DNA of 64,000 nucleotides from Octopus vulgaris. Taxonomy: Eukaryota. A program made the position numbers and the translations under genes. Where the stretch lies: positions 173,910,001-173,974,000 of the forward strand of contig OX597816.1 in the NCBI GenBank assembly GCA_951406725.2, read 5' to 3'. The notes under the pieces were generated by a model, which ran no database searches, was not told the DNA's origin, and saw only the letters and a program-made list of their open reading frames with translations. Numbering within the stretch: the stretch's first letter is position 1; each line of letters begins with the position of its first letter. Below are positions 10,341 to 23,099 of this stretch, piece by piece.

Positions 10341-11605
10341 ACACATTTTTCTTTTAATTTGTTTTCTTTCAAACATTAGAAAAAAAGAATCTCCTTGCAA
10401 TTGATTCCACAAATCAATTCTTGGAGAATACATTTTGAAGATAAATTATGAAATAATAATAAAACGTGTTGCTTGTAACTTTCAGGTGAAATATGTACTT
10501 CCAAATCCCAATTCAATTGTGATACTCTCAACAGGAGTGGTATCAGAATCAATCTTTTCTTAACAATGTCTTTCTTCGAATTTTCCCGCCAATACTATTC
10601 ACTTGATTGTCTATTGAGAATATGTTAAAATAATTTTAGTACAGACATATTGCTTTATCTTACAATCAAGTTATGATTTAAATGTATTTTAGGGCTAATT
10701 ACAAGACATTTTAAACAACACTTTGCTGGTATTTATCCAGTGATTTAAAAAAAAAGGTATGTAAAAAAATAATCTGTTTTAACAGCATACTTCTCTGTTA
10801 GTAAATTTAGGATCTTTTTACCTAACACATGAATGGACTCACTTGGTGTGTATCAAATAAAAATGTGTTCATATGTGAAATTAAAACTCAACTTTTTCAA
10901 TCTTTATTTTGAAATGAAAAAGAAACAAACAGCAAGAAAAAAACATTGATTAAAAGAAATTTTTTTATGGAAAGAAGTTCAAATTTGGAAAGTTTATGGG
11001 GAGTGGTGTTAAAAATTTCAATTACAAAAATTTCTTTCTTGCAAAATTGTACAAGATACAGTTTGTAAAACACAAAATCCAAAAACATTTACAAAAAATA
11101 TCCAAAAAAGAAGTTATGACCGTTTACATGGTGTGCTTCAATCAGTCTAATGACTGTGCATGCACGAATTTCTTTAGATTTTTCGATTTGGACTTCAAAA
11201 ATTATTGGAAATTAAAAACAGGAACAAATGGCAGATTCTGACTCTCCGCATTTTAAAATATAGATTAACAAATAGAAGAGAAAGTCGAAATTTGAGAATT
11301 TCAGGAGTGGGAAACAAAAAAAATGAAACTTGAAATTTGTGATTTGAATCAGTTTTTATCTATGCGTGCACACCATTTTTTGGGTTTTTTTAATTTATTT
11401 ATCCCAGATCCAATTCCGATATAATCGTAATCTTACATATTTTGAGTCTCAGAAATGCCATTATTTTCATTACTATCCGCGAAAAATTTTTATCCAATCA
11501 GAATTTGAAAGCACTCGTTGTCAACTGTAAACACACATGTCTAAGTGGAAGAGGTAAACGGATCACAAGTTCTGATTCTTATATAGCTATGTAATTTATG
11601 TATAA

Positions 11606-12006
11606 TCTTTATATATAAAAGTGAGGTTGTGTGCTGTCTGTCTCCTACGATTTAGATTCCTAACTACTCCCACATTTTGCGGTGCAGTTTAACCAAAACC
11701 GAATATCTTATAGTCGTGATTCATATTGAGCCCTTCTGGGTATTAGCGCGCGTCTATGATGAGTCTACGATTTAAAAAAAAAATTACCATCAATTTTTTC
11801 CATTTTAATGCATTTTTTCGCTATTATATAAGGGAAGTAACTCTCTAAAAATGTCTACGATGAGTCAACGATTTTTTAAAAAATTTACCATCATTTTTTC
11901 CCCATTTTTTATGCATTTTTTTGCTATTTTTTGGTTATAACTCTCAAAAAATACTTATATAGTTATTTTCCTTACAAATCCAAGCAACGCCGGGCGATAC
12001 TGCTAG
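11606..12006 (+). mobile_element. Non-autonomous Helitron (family H)
   Basis: A|TCTTTATATATAAAAG...GCAACGCCGGGCGATACTGCTAG|T. Confidence 0.9.
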
Positions 12007-12665
12007 TATATATTAAAAAGATAAATTTAACACATTAAATTAATGCGTAACATGTTCATTAACGCCGCCCACGCACGATAACAAAAACAGTGTCGCATTT
12101 TATGTGCAAGTTATGGATGTGTGTGAATGCGGCTAGGGTTCTTACCCGCTTCATTTGTATATGTAAAATCCGTGTGTGAATGAATACAAATACATAAAAC
12201 AGAACACGCTCAACACACAGACCTACACCCATCAGCTTCTCTTCGACACGTCAAAAGTAAATAAATAAAACTTTTCACGGAAACTAACGAACGGATGACA
12301 AGTGGCGAATGGCATTTCTGAGACTCAAAACGATTGCCCGAAAAGTTATTTGTAGTTTTCACCCAAAAAAAATATATATACCAATTTTACTGAAAGTTAT
12401 GAGGAAACAAAGCCGGCTCGTGCAGATTTTCCGAAATTTCTCTTCTTCGGAAAGAGTTTTCCACAGAAAAATACCGGTATAATTGGATTCTACAGCGTAT
12501 GAAATATGTTTGTAGAAATGTTCATTAGAATATATCGATTTTTGTGAAAGTTATGAAGTGGGGAAACACTTCTGTAGGCATGCTCCGAAAGCCGCCCATT
12601 GCATATTAAAATATGTAAGAATGGTGAGGAAATTATAAATCCCACAGTTCTAAGCAAAAGAAATT

Positions 12666-13645
12666 GGATCTTTTCGGTTCGAACGGCAGTTTTTTCTAGC
12701 GGTATCATATGAAATTGTCACCCATAATTATGACCCTAGTATCGATCTATTGCATTTCAATCTGTTTTAGGGTTAGGGGCAGGGTATCTTTTTTTCTTCA
12801 CAAATATAAATAAACCCAATCTGTTTCTTAAACGAGGGACATATTCATACGGCATAGAATGTTTTTTTGGCACTGTCATGCTTTTAGTTGCCAGAAGTGA
12901 AAGTAGTCAACTTCGTGTATTTACGTCAAGTTTATACCTTCGTTTATTTACGTACCACCGCGCTGTTATATGTACATAATTAAACTATTGACCGCCTTAA
13001 AACGGATTTCAACAGACAAATATTACTATAATGGATAATATAAGCATATAACTACTTATACACACATACAATAAATACAGACACACACACATTAGTCAGA
13101 CATATAGCCACATATACACACACACACACACACGTGTGTATGATTGTTTTATGTGATCGGGGTTGGTGGTGGTCATTTGTGCAGATTTGGTGTGATTTCT
13201 TTTTTAAAAACAATAATGAATAATGCAAGAATATATTTATTTATAAAGTTTAAACAGAACATGGAATGAAATGTATTTATTTATAAACTTTAAACTGAAC
13301 TTCAATTGTTTTATAAACCACGCTGTTAGGGTGGTACGTAAATAAACGGCGTAAATTTACGAAGGTATAAACCTGACGTAAATACACGAAGTTGACTACT
13401 TTCACTTCTGACAACTAAAAGCATGACAGTGCCGTTTTTTTTTACCTCAATGGACGTCATTGATTGGTTGAAATTGCAGAAATGGAAGAAAAAAAACAAC
13501 AAATATCTTACAAACTATAGAATTTTCTCAATAAAGCCAAGAGAAAAAGATGTTTTATAAACACATTCTACCAGTATACGAAGTTTAAAATTTTTTAGTT
13601 ACCTAGAAATTATGTTAAAAACTGCCGTTCAAACCGAAAAGATCC
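12666..13645. mobile_element. Merlin-like MITE
   Basis: TIRs GGATCTTTT(T)CGGTTCGAACGGCAGTTTT / AAAACTGCCGTTCAAACCGAAAAGATCC; 8-bp flanks AAGAAATT / GAAAAATT (imperfect TSD). Confidence 0.8.
12869..13433. mobile_element. Second MITE with ~75-90-bp TIRs nested in the first (Merlin-like)
   Basis: TIR GGCACTGTCATGCTTTTAGTTG.CAGAAGTGAAAGTAGTCAACTTCGTG; 8-bp TSD GTTTTTTT; GG termini. Confidence 0.85.
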
Positions 13646-14172
13646 GAAAAATTCTACCAAGATTTGAATGGTAGACATCCTGTATGTAGACTAAGGAGTA
13701 AATTCACTGAGTAGTAAGAAGAAAAATTGAGAATTAGTGCTTGATAGACTTACAATTTTCTAAAGAAATTTTCCTGACTTCGTCCACATTTTTTTCTGAA
13801 TGTTATGAAGAAATAAAAGTATGTGGGGTGCACACTTACTGGTATACGAAAAATTTCAGAAAAAATACTCTTTAGTTGTCTGCTTTCGAAAGACTATGAA
13901 ATATATTATGAGTATTCAATAAAGCCAAAAGAAAAAGATGTTTTATAAACACATTCTACCAGTATACGAAAACATTTTTTAGTTACCTAGAAATTGTTAA
14001 AAACTGCCGTTCAAACCGAAAAGATCCGAAAAATTCTACCAAGATTTGAATGGTAGACATCCTGTATGTAGACTAAGGAGTAAATTCACTGAGTAGTAAA
14101 GAAGAAAAATTGAGAATTAGTGCTTGATAGACTTACAATTTTCGAAAGACTATGAAATATATTATGAGTATT
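13527..14172. repeat. Local tandem duplication including a MITE end and its flank
   Basis: 13527-13760 repeated at 13916-14143, and ~13887-13916 repeated at ~14143-14172. Confidence 0.85.
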
Positions 14173-14632
14173 ATACTTTCTCAGTTACAGATTTAGTTAA
14201 ACTTATTTCTTAAGATAGGTTTGAAACTAGCCATAGTGAAAGACGTGTGGATTTAAAAATTGAAGATGGCTTATGGACAATAAATGACATATACACTAAG
14301 TACACTGCTTCACTATGATGTAGAAATTCAGAAGTTCTTTGGTTTTCTTTTTTGCATATCAGTGTGTAAAGAAATAGAAAAGAATCTTACTGTTTTAATA
14401 ATACTTTAGCAATTTGATTATTTCTTTAAATTTCTTTCATCCCAGCATATTATTTTTCCTTCTGTTTATTTGTTGATTTTGTGTTCTTGTAACATTTGTT
14501 TACAAAAGTTGCTAAGAACGCAGCTGTAGTCAACTTAGTTGATGTCTTCAGCTGAGCTAAATCATTCTGAGACGCCAAGGTATCATTTGGTTGCCCAATA
14601 TACGATAGATATAATATGTATATTATAAGATA

Positions 14633-14986
14633 CTAGCAGTATCGCCCGGCGTTGCTCGGGTTTGTAAGGGAAATAACTATATAAGCATTTTTAGAGATGT
14701 AAAGTATAATAGCCATCTCAATATGGCTAACCACAAAGGGGGTTACTGTAGCTTTTTACGTTCTGACATTTAATAATAAATTTTTAGAGAGTTACTTCTC
14801 TTATATATGCCAAAAATGCATTAAAATGGGAAAAATTGATGGTAAATAATACCCAGAAGGGCTCGATATGAATCACGACTATAAGATACCCGGTTTTGGT
14901 TACACTGCACAGCAAAATGTGGGAGTAGTTAGGAATCTAAATCGTAGGAGACAGACAGCACACAACCTCACTTTTATATATAAAGA
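14633..14986 (-). mobile_element. Non-autonomous Helitron (family H)
   Basis: Same TC...hairpin-CTAG termini and A/T target. Confidence 0.9.
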
Positions 14987-15537
14987 TAATATACATGGTT
15001 CGAGTCATGTGTCTGTTAATGTATACTTGAATTTTATTTTATAAAAATCTTGACAGACGAAGTCATCCATTAACCCACCGATAATTCCTGCACACACACA
15101 TACATCTAAATTTTCTTTATTCCTTTGTTTTTGACAACGGACAATACGATATTGCTAAGATATGAAAAAAAATTCAAAATTTCAATTCCTCCCTTACTCC
15201 CAGTTTTCTAAAAAAAATTATGATTTTGAGGATATTGAATGTTTTAAAAATAAACAAAGCGACAGGACGCAGTATTGATTACCCAAAGGTAAACTATTCC
15301 CCACTTGTGGATTGTTGCGTTAGAATACTCATACTCCAATATTTACCAAGAGATAAAACTCATAGTTTTTCAGTGAATAAAAGCACATCATAACTATAGC
15401 CAGCTGCTTCCGCCACAAGGACTACCAGATCACGTGATTTCGGCCTCCCCCCCCCCCGAAAAATAATACATTTCTTGTAGCGAATATTCAATAACGAAAG
15501 TTTGTGATACTCAAGTTTATCAAACAGATTACAATTA

Positions 15538-15735
15538 GGATCTTGTCCTTTTGAACGGCAGTTTTTAACATAATTTCTAGGTAACTAAAAAGTTTTAAAC
15601 TTCGTATACTGGTAGAATGTGTTTATAAAACATCTTTTTCTCTTGGCTTTATTGAGAAAATTCTATAGTTTGTAAGATATTTCGTCTGAAAATCCGAGCA
15701 TTTCGGCAATTTTAACCAATTAATTACCTCCATTG
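15538..15735. mobile_element. Merlin-like terminal fragment
   Basis: GGATCTTGTCCTTTTGAACGGCAG plus ~150 bp matching the reverse complement of 13500-13645. Confidence 0.8.
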
Positions 15736-15789
15736 AAAATATTAGTTTGCAAATTGTGTTTGTTGCATGTTATTCTGTGTTCTGAATAC

Positions 15790-16033
15790 TTTTATTTTAA
15801 TAAATGTTGCTTACTGCAAGTTATGGATGATTTGTTTATGACTTCATTGCTTTCAGGCTTAGCTTAAGGTATTTTCGTGCCTGACATCACAAAATGCGTC
15901 CGAATAAACATTGCGGGACAGCAAATAGAGACTCGGACAATGCTTAGAAAATATTTTTCATTTTTAACCTCGTATATAGTATGCACCAGCAATTTTGGGG
16001 AAAAAATGCAGATTATACTCGAGGATTTACGGT
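15790..16033. mobile_element. pogo/Tigger-like DNA transposon end
   Basis: Terminus TGCAGATTATACTCGAGGATTTACGG|TA resembles CCGTA-type pogo/Tc2 TIRs with a TA target. Confidence 0.5.
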
Positions 16034-16329
16034 ATATGCATTAGAATGTATGTATATTTCAGAGTGTTATTTCATTCTTTGTGTTTCTTGCTATTTCCTT
16101 TGTATTATATTTACTGTACCTTTACATATTTCCTTTATGAGGAATCAAAAACTCTGTTATGCAGTTCATTCAGTACAATGTAGGGTATGGTACCAATTGA
16201 AACTATTCTTTCAGAAGCATTGTCATGTCCAATATCATAATTAAAGACTAACACTTCTGAAACATTTTATTGTTACCTTTCAAATACGACATTTCATGTG
16301 AAACAACCTAATACAATGAATTGTATTGG

Positions 16330-16730
16330 ACTATTGCCAGCTGTGATTGGAGGTTATGTTAACATAATTATCATCAAATTTAAATGGGAGCTGCAGTGTT
16401 GCTTTGGTTACAACCATCTATGGTGCAAAGTTATACTATTATGGCTATAGCATACTGTTGAGAGAGGCTGTACTTTAACTTGGTAGTAACCAATTATAAA
16501 TGGAATCTCAATTGTTACTGTAATCATAACCAACTGAAGATAGAGGCTGTATTACAATAATTATAACTATTTTAGGTGGAGCTGTAATTTTATAATTACA
16601 ACCAGCTGGAGATTGTGTTAAATTATAATCAGCCAAAGGTTTCTGATGTATTACTATAGTTATAACCAACTGTAGATAAAGTCTATATTGCTTCAGTGGA
16701 AACAACTAGCCGTAAATGGAGCCTATATTG
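16330..16730. repeat. Degenerate ~35-bp minisatellite
   Basis: Recurring ATAACCAACTG.AGAT.GAGGCTGTATT-like units. Confidence 0.5.
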
Positions 16731-16979
16731 TACTTTCCCTTGATTGAAGGCTGTTAGATCATCTGTGCCTCTTCATAATTCCATATATTGGTTACCAATT
16801 TTCTTAACCTTTTTTACTGTTATTTTCAATTGCTCATCTGTTTGTGTGTCACTGCATTCAGAAAGCTTTTCCAAGATGATTGCCAAAACAAAATGATTAT
16901 ATGCTTAATTAGAAAACATCTTACCAAATCAACTGATGTAGATAGGGCAGAATGGAATTCTCTGTTATGATGACAATGA

Positions 16980-17303
16980 CCTCCATGCTGTGGGCACGTA
17001 ATAAACACCATCCGATCGTGGCCGTGCCAGCCTCGCCTTGCCTCCATGCCGGTGGCACGTAAAAAACATCATCCGAGCGTGGCCATTCGCCAGCCTCATC
17101 TGGCACCTGTGTCGGTGGCATATTAAAAGCACCCACTACACTCACGGAGTGGTTGGCGTTAGGAAGGGCATCCAGCTGTAGAAACTCTGCCAGATCTGAC
17201 TGGCCTGGTGCAGCCTTCGGGCTTCCCAGACCCCAGTTGAACCGTCCAACCCATGCTAGCATGGAAAGCAGACGCTAAACGAAGATGATGATGATGATGA
17301 TGA
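16980..17303 (+). mobile_element. RTE 3' UTR repeat (family A)
   Basis: Three tandem units, AGGAAGGGCATCC motif, (GAT)n tail. Confidence 0.85.
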
Positions 17304-18427
17304 TATTAATGTATTAACTTGCTTTGCTTGTAATTTAAGTGTAACAAGAAATGATCACTTGAAACAATTGCAAAGCACTTTCCTATTTGCTGTTCTTTAT
17401 TTTACACAATATAGGAGCAATTAGCTATTTAGATGCAAGTGCTTAACATATCTTTCTGTCTCCCACATAGTTATTATGGTTGTCATTGTCATCATTATCC
17501 TTAATACTACTGCTGTCATCATCTCCACTACCCAACCAGTACAGCCAAGTCATGATATGAATTCTAATATCTCATATCAACTCCACATGAATCTTAACTT
17601 TACAAATGTATAGATTCCACTTATCACTTAATACTCAGTAAAATTAGACTGAACTCCGCCTCTGTTACTCAAGAACACAAGACTAGACTATTCTCTACAA
17701 ACTTTAAGAAATAGCAAATTGCATCTTTCTCATCACTGGCACCTCAAAACCACGGACTTAGACTCACACCCAGGAACTGTCAATATAAGCAAAGAAGTAG
17801 TCCTGATGTACAGGAACCCTATCTTTTATTAACTTCTAAATTACAGAGATGGTGATAGTTTGTCTGTTTAGCCCTCAGTCAGCTCTGATTGAACAGATTT
17901 AACATCAATAAATGTGTCAGCCATGACCATCCTGCTATTTTTTTTTTTTTTTTTGCAAGCATCATGTATCTGAAACTACATTATAAAAGATGTCCTTCCT
18001 TTTTTAAAAAGAAGATAGAATATGATTTGAAGAAAATTTTGTTAATATTTCTAGCAGAGCATGCAACTATACAGAAACACCTTTGTTGGTTCTCTATCTG
18101 TGGCTCTTTATAGTGACTGGTGATGGTAATGGTTTTCAAATACTTCTCAATACACTCTTTCTGAAGCCAGGACACAGTTGCTGTTCTTGAATGTCATTTT
18201 AGGACAGTGGTCTTAAACTACCAAAAAGTGGTGAATAGCTAGTAATAATTCTTCAAATGTCTAAAAAAAACTCATTCCATGACTGTGTTAAGAAGTTTGT
18301 TTCACATCTATATAGCTCAATCTCACTACACAGCACCTTGAGAAGATTTCTTCTTCCATAGTTTCAGGTTCACTAGATTGTGATTACAATTTGGGAGATA
18401 AAAATTATAGAAGCCCATTGTGAGTAT

Positions 18428-18833
18428 TCTCTTTTACTTATTTCAGTCATTTTGACTGCGGCCATGCTGGAGCACCGCCTTTAGTCAAACAAATCGACCC
18501 CGGGACTTATTCTTTGTAAGCCTAGTACTTATTCTATCGGTCTCTTTTTGCCGAACCGCTAAGTGACGGGGATGTAAACACACCAGCATTGGTTGTCAAG
18601 CAATGCTAGGGGGACAAACACAGACACACAAACACACACACATACATATAAATATATATATACACATATATACGACAGGCTTCTTTCAGTTTCTGTCTAC
18701 CAAATCCACTCACAAGGCATTGGTCGGCCCGGGGCTATAGCAGAAGACACTTGCCCAAGATGCCACGCAGTGGGACTGAACCCGGAACCATGTGGTTGGT
18801 TAGCAAGCTACTTACCACACAGACACTCCTGCA
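18428..18833 (-). mobile_element. SINE family B
   Basis: Reverse complement of 48122-48527. Confidence 0.9.
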
Positions 18834-18994
18834 CCTATATGTATATGTTTAACTTCTGTAATATGCATTGATGAGAAACCAAAATCAAGTGACACATGTT
18901 TACCTGTCTTGCCATTAGAAATACAGCGAACCAATGATTTACCTGCTGGAAACTTATAACCAACAATGCTATTGTTCACAAATTGTGCTGATAA

Positions 18995-19373
18995 TCTTTA
19001 TATATAAAAGTGAGGTTGTGTGCTGTCTGTCTCCTACGATCTAGATTCCTAACTACCACCACATTTTGCGGTGCAGTTTAACCAAAAGCGGGTATCTTAT
19101 AGTCATGATTCATATCGAGCCCTTCTGGGTACTAGCGCACGTCTACGATTTAAAAAAAATTTACCATCATTTTTAATGCATTTTTTTGCTATTATATAAG
19201 GGAAGTAACTCTCTAAAAATGTATTATTAAATATCAGAATGTAAAAAGCTACAGTAAACCCCCCCCCCTTTTTGGTTAGCCATATGGAGATGGTTATTAT
19301 ACTTTACATCTCTAAAAATGCTTATATAGTTATTTCCCTTACAAACCCGAGCAACGCTGGGCGATACTGCGAG
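18995..19373 (+). mobile_element. Non-autonomous Helitron (family H)
   Basis: TC start, hairpin, terminal CTAG mutated to CGAG. Confidence 0.85.
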
Positions 19374-19612
19374 TAAATAAATAATTAAATATTCTGAATT
19401 CATACATGTAGCAAATAGGAAGGTGTATACATCTCTTGAATTTGCTCAGTTGTCTAATAGGTATTGATTAAACTACCCACCTGTTATGACAGATGTGTCC
19501 AACTATCATGGAACAGCTACATTATTGTATGTTAATAGTCAGATTACCAGATAGGGATAATGTAAAACATTATTAGTATGACCCACAAATTGTCATCTTC
19601 ATGGACATTTAA

Positions 19613-19833
19613 CCCTTTAGCATTTAAACCGGCCATATCCGGCCATAAGTATTCTGCCTGTTTTATGTTCAAACTGGCCAGATCTGGTCTCTCACACCAA
19701 CCCTACAATATCATTTAAAAAATTAACAGCTACCTCTTCAAAATCTCAAAGCTACAAGATAATGCCTGATTAGTTCAAGGCAATGTGGATGAAAAAACCT
19801 TAATTTTGGTAGAATAATGCGAACAGTAAAGGG
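19613..19833. mobile_element. piggyBac-like MITE
   Basis: TTAA|CCCTTTA...TAAAGGG|TTAA; second copy inverted at 22622-22840. Confidence 0.85.
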
Positions 19834-20379
19834 TTAAACTAGACATTTGCAACACAGGAAAGTTGTTAGTTAAAAGGAAATTGACAGAAATAGGAATTAG
19901 CAGCAGCTGATAAGTTGTAATAATAATAACTTTTAGTGAAGCCTTTAAGCTTGGGAATAATGGAGAAAATAGTGAAAGGGGTGGGGGAATATACCCATAT
20001 AAAGGATGCTAAGAATTCAGAGAGCTGGAACTTAATTTTTATTTTAGTAATTGAAAGAGTATGAGTGATAAACATCCTATAGAGACATGGGTATATAGAT
20101 GGTAACTTTCTGACCTTTGTATGAGAGGAAATGAACTTAGCCTTGACACAGTATTGTGCTGGTAACAGATTATAAGCTGACACTTACCACTATTATGCTC
20201 ATTCAACAGGCCACAACTCACTAAAGAAATAAGAGAGATGGGGATTTCGATAAAAGGAAGTCCATCCAAAGTGGATATTACTTCAATCTGTTATATCTTA
20301 ACAATAGAATCAGAGTAGTTTGGAGAGGACAAATTCAGAGGTAATGAGGACCATTTGTTCTAAATGAGAAAAAAAAGAC

Positions 20380-22560
20380 ATGAAAACATTACTGAGAGAT
20401 GTCCCTAAATAAAGAATATGGGTGATATATCAAGAGAACTAACAGAACACAGCTGTAAAGATGAGTCACAAGATAGGCTTAGACATTTACTAACATAACC
20501 AAGTGCACCAATAATTATAAGTATAAATGTAATAATTTTTAGTCAAAGTAAAGGAGCTGCAAGTTTTTTAAGGAGTTGTCCATAAATATTTTACTCTTCT
20601 CTGATCTTGGAAGAGATATTTTCAGGGCAACTCTATGACTGACATGATTTTTGTTTTCTCAAAGCACTATAACACATGTTATACTTGCACTAGATAGAAA
20701 TTTTGATGGAAATGTTCCACAAATATACCTTGTGTTGGTAGGTTCACAAATATACCTTATGTTGGTAGGTAAGTATATATTTAAGAGCAGAGATGTTTAT
20801 ATTTATCCCAGAGCTGTCTTTTCTGTGGATGGCATTGTTTATTGTTTTAACGTCACATCACATTGGGAGATAGTACCTGATGACATTTTAGGGTAGCTGC
20901 TGATTATATCTACTAAGTCAGCCACAGAAGAGTAACATTTGTAGTTGCATTTGGGGAGTTTAAAGGCTTCATTTGTTCATTAGACATTTCAAAGCCATCT
21001 CCTACTTTGGAATGGTAAAAGCATAACTTTGAAATGTGATATGATGTAACAGTTACATGTCCAAAGAGGCAACACTTCATGTTGATATTATCTTCCTCCT
21101 CAAAATATATGGGAAGCATTCCCATGAATAACCCTTTTGTGGTATGAAGTGTTTCTCTTCCAAGTCTTTGTGGAGTTGAGCCCAGTACTTCTAGGTTCAT
21201 ACAGGTGCTCATAAAGAAGTGTTTCGTGAGGAACTCCCTAGTGATTTGCAGGATGCTATTCATTTCACTTTTGAGCACATAGATGGTGCATTTATTCTTT
21301 CTTCTGTTTAGCAGATGCTGTCTGAGTGATATGGCATACAAAGGTTATCTGACAACCCCTCCTATTTTCCTTCTGAGAGAGTTGATGTCAGGATTTTGTG
21401 GCTTTCAATGTCTATGGAACAGATTTCCAGTCAAGTATTTCAAATTTTGGTATTAGTATTGGTACTACAAATGTGTGGAGGCGCAATGGCCCAGTGGTTA
21501 GGGCAGCGGACTCGCGGTCGCAGGATTGCGGTTTCGATTCCCAGACCGGGCGTTGTGTGTGTTTATTGAGCGAAAACACCTAAAAGCTCCACGGCACTCC
21601 AGCACGGGGTGGTGATCCCTTTCTTCTGTTGGCCTGCTCGCTTAGCCAGCGGGGTGGCGTCATTCGAAGGCTAAAACAATGAGAACGCATTGTGACCAGC
21701 GATGTGTAACAACATCTGATGGTCTGGTCGGTCACGTGGTCACGTGGTCACTATAAATGTACTGTTGAATTGTTTTCTTGTTGTAACAGAAAACTGACTG
21801 CTATATCTTTTTTTTTTAGTTTAGTATATTCTTTGGTCACTCTTTGTTCACAGTATTATCGTATCATATGTTTTCATCATTTCCTAGATATTTGTAACAC
21901 TCATTGTGTGGAGAAAGGAAGATAGATACACTATTGATACAAAGATTTGGAGTTTGGAGAATGATCTTTAGATCATCCAATAAATTGTGGGTAGCATTAG
22001 TGTATGTTGTTGTTGCTTGACCTTAGGACATAGCCAGTGAATTTTCATATAAGAACAACGGTAGATTTAGGGCCAAAATAAACAGAAATGCAGACAGACT
22101 CACCTTGGGATGAGGTAAAACATTAGAGACAATCATTCCATTTTCAGTGACAAGGATTGTAAACCAGGTCTTCGTGAGCATATAAGAGGAGTATTTGGCA
22201 GAGTCCCAAACACCAACTTACTGCCTAGGAATCAAACCCAGATAATTTTCTTCAGATTTAAAAATAACAATAAACAGGATGCTATCAAAGATCGATGTCA
22301 GCAAGCAACTAATCCACTTAAATCTGAAAAACACATGAAAAATTTGTTTTTATCAGTAACTGCTTGGCCCCCCAAATTACCAGGGACTCAGCAGATGTAA
22401 CACATTAAATCCCAGTGTTGCAAGCAAACATCTGGGATTGTCATTAACAATTTCGTCTTTGGCTCCCTTGAAAGACATTAGCTATATAATGCATGTTTTT
22501 TTTTTTTTGCTAGTTTGATGGTGTCTAAGCCAAGAACATTACTGCAGGCATTTATGACAC
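20380..22560 (-). mobile_element. Decayed R4/Dong-like (RLE-type) non-LTR retrotransposon
   Basis: Manual translation across frameshifts: QGES/SAFLFILALN, THNLLDDLKI, CYKYLGNDENI, PILIPKFEILDW, DIISSYPKMSS (CCHC region), LWNISIK...NIYGQLLKNLQLLY...IIIGALGYV (RLE). Confidence 0.75.
21477..21750 (+). mobile_element. SINE with a family D head and a different 3' half
   Basis: GGAGGCGCAATGGCCCAGTGG head, (GGTCACGT)n tail, TSD ACTA(C/T)AAATGT. Confidence 0.85.
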
Positions 22561-22621
22561 TCATCAGCATCTATGGAATACCATGATGGCAATAACAACA
22601 ACAGTGATCATGACAACTTAA

Positions 22622-22840
22622 CCCTTTAGTGTTCAGATTATCCTATCAAACATAATGCTTATTGATTCCCATTGATTTGAATTAATCATGCATTATCTCA
22701 TATCTTCAAGATCTTGATGGTGTAATTACTTAATGTAGAATAACATTGTAGGGTAGGTGTGAGAGCCTGGATCTGGTCAGTTTGAACATAAAACAGATTA
22801 ACTATTTTGGCCAGATATGGTCGGTTTAAATACTAAAGGG
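22622..22840. mobile_element. piggyBac-like MITE
   Basis: TTAA TSD, CCCTTTAGT / ACTAAAGGG TIRs. Confidence 0.85.
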
Positions 22841-23099
22841 TTAAGCCAGCTGGCTACTAAAATCTACACCACTCATAGCTACTATTCTTGTTAGGACACA
22901 ACATCTCACACAAACTACTAAACTTAGATTAAATATCTTCTTTTCTGTTGTTCATTGTAATGACATTTTGTTAATGATAAATAAATATTTTATTCTTAGA
23001 ACTTCACACAGACTTCTTGTTCTCCCATCTCTCAGCTCAACTAAAATATATCTTCATTACATTGGTGACAACCAAATCAAAATATAGCTATCTTGCAAG

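Noticed and set aside
19866-20360. Possible CR1-like C-terminal relic on the minus strand
   Set aside because: Only vague resemblance; no diagnostic motif recoverable by eye.
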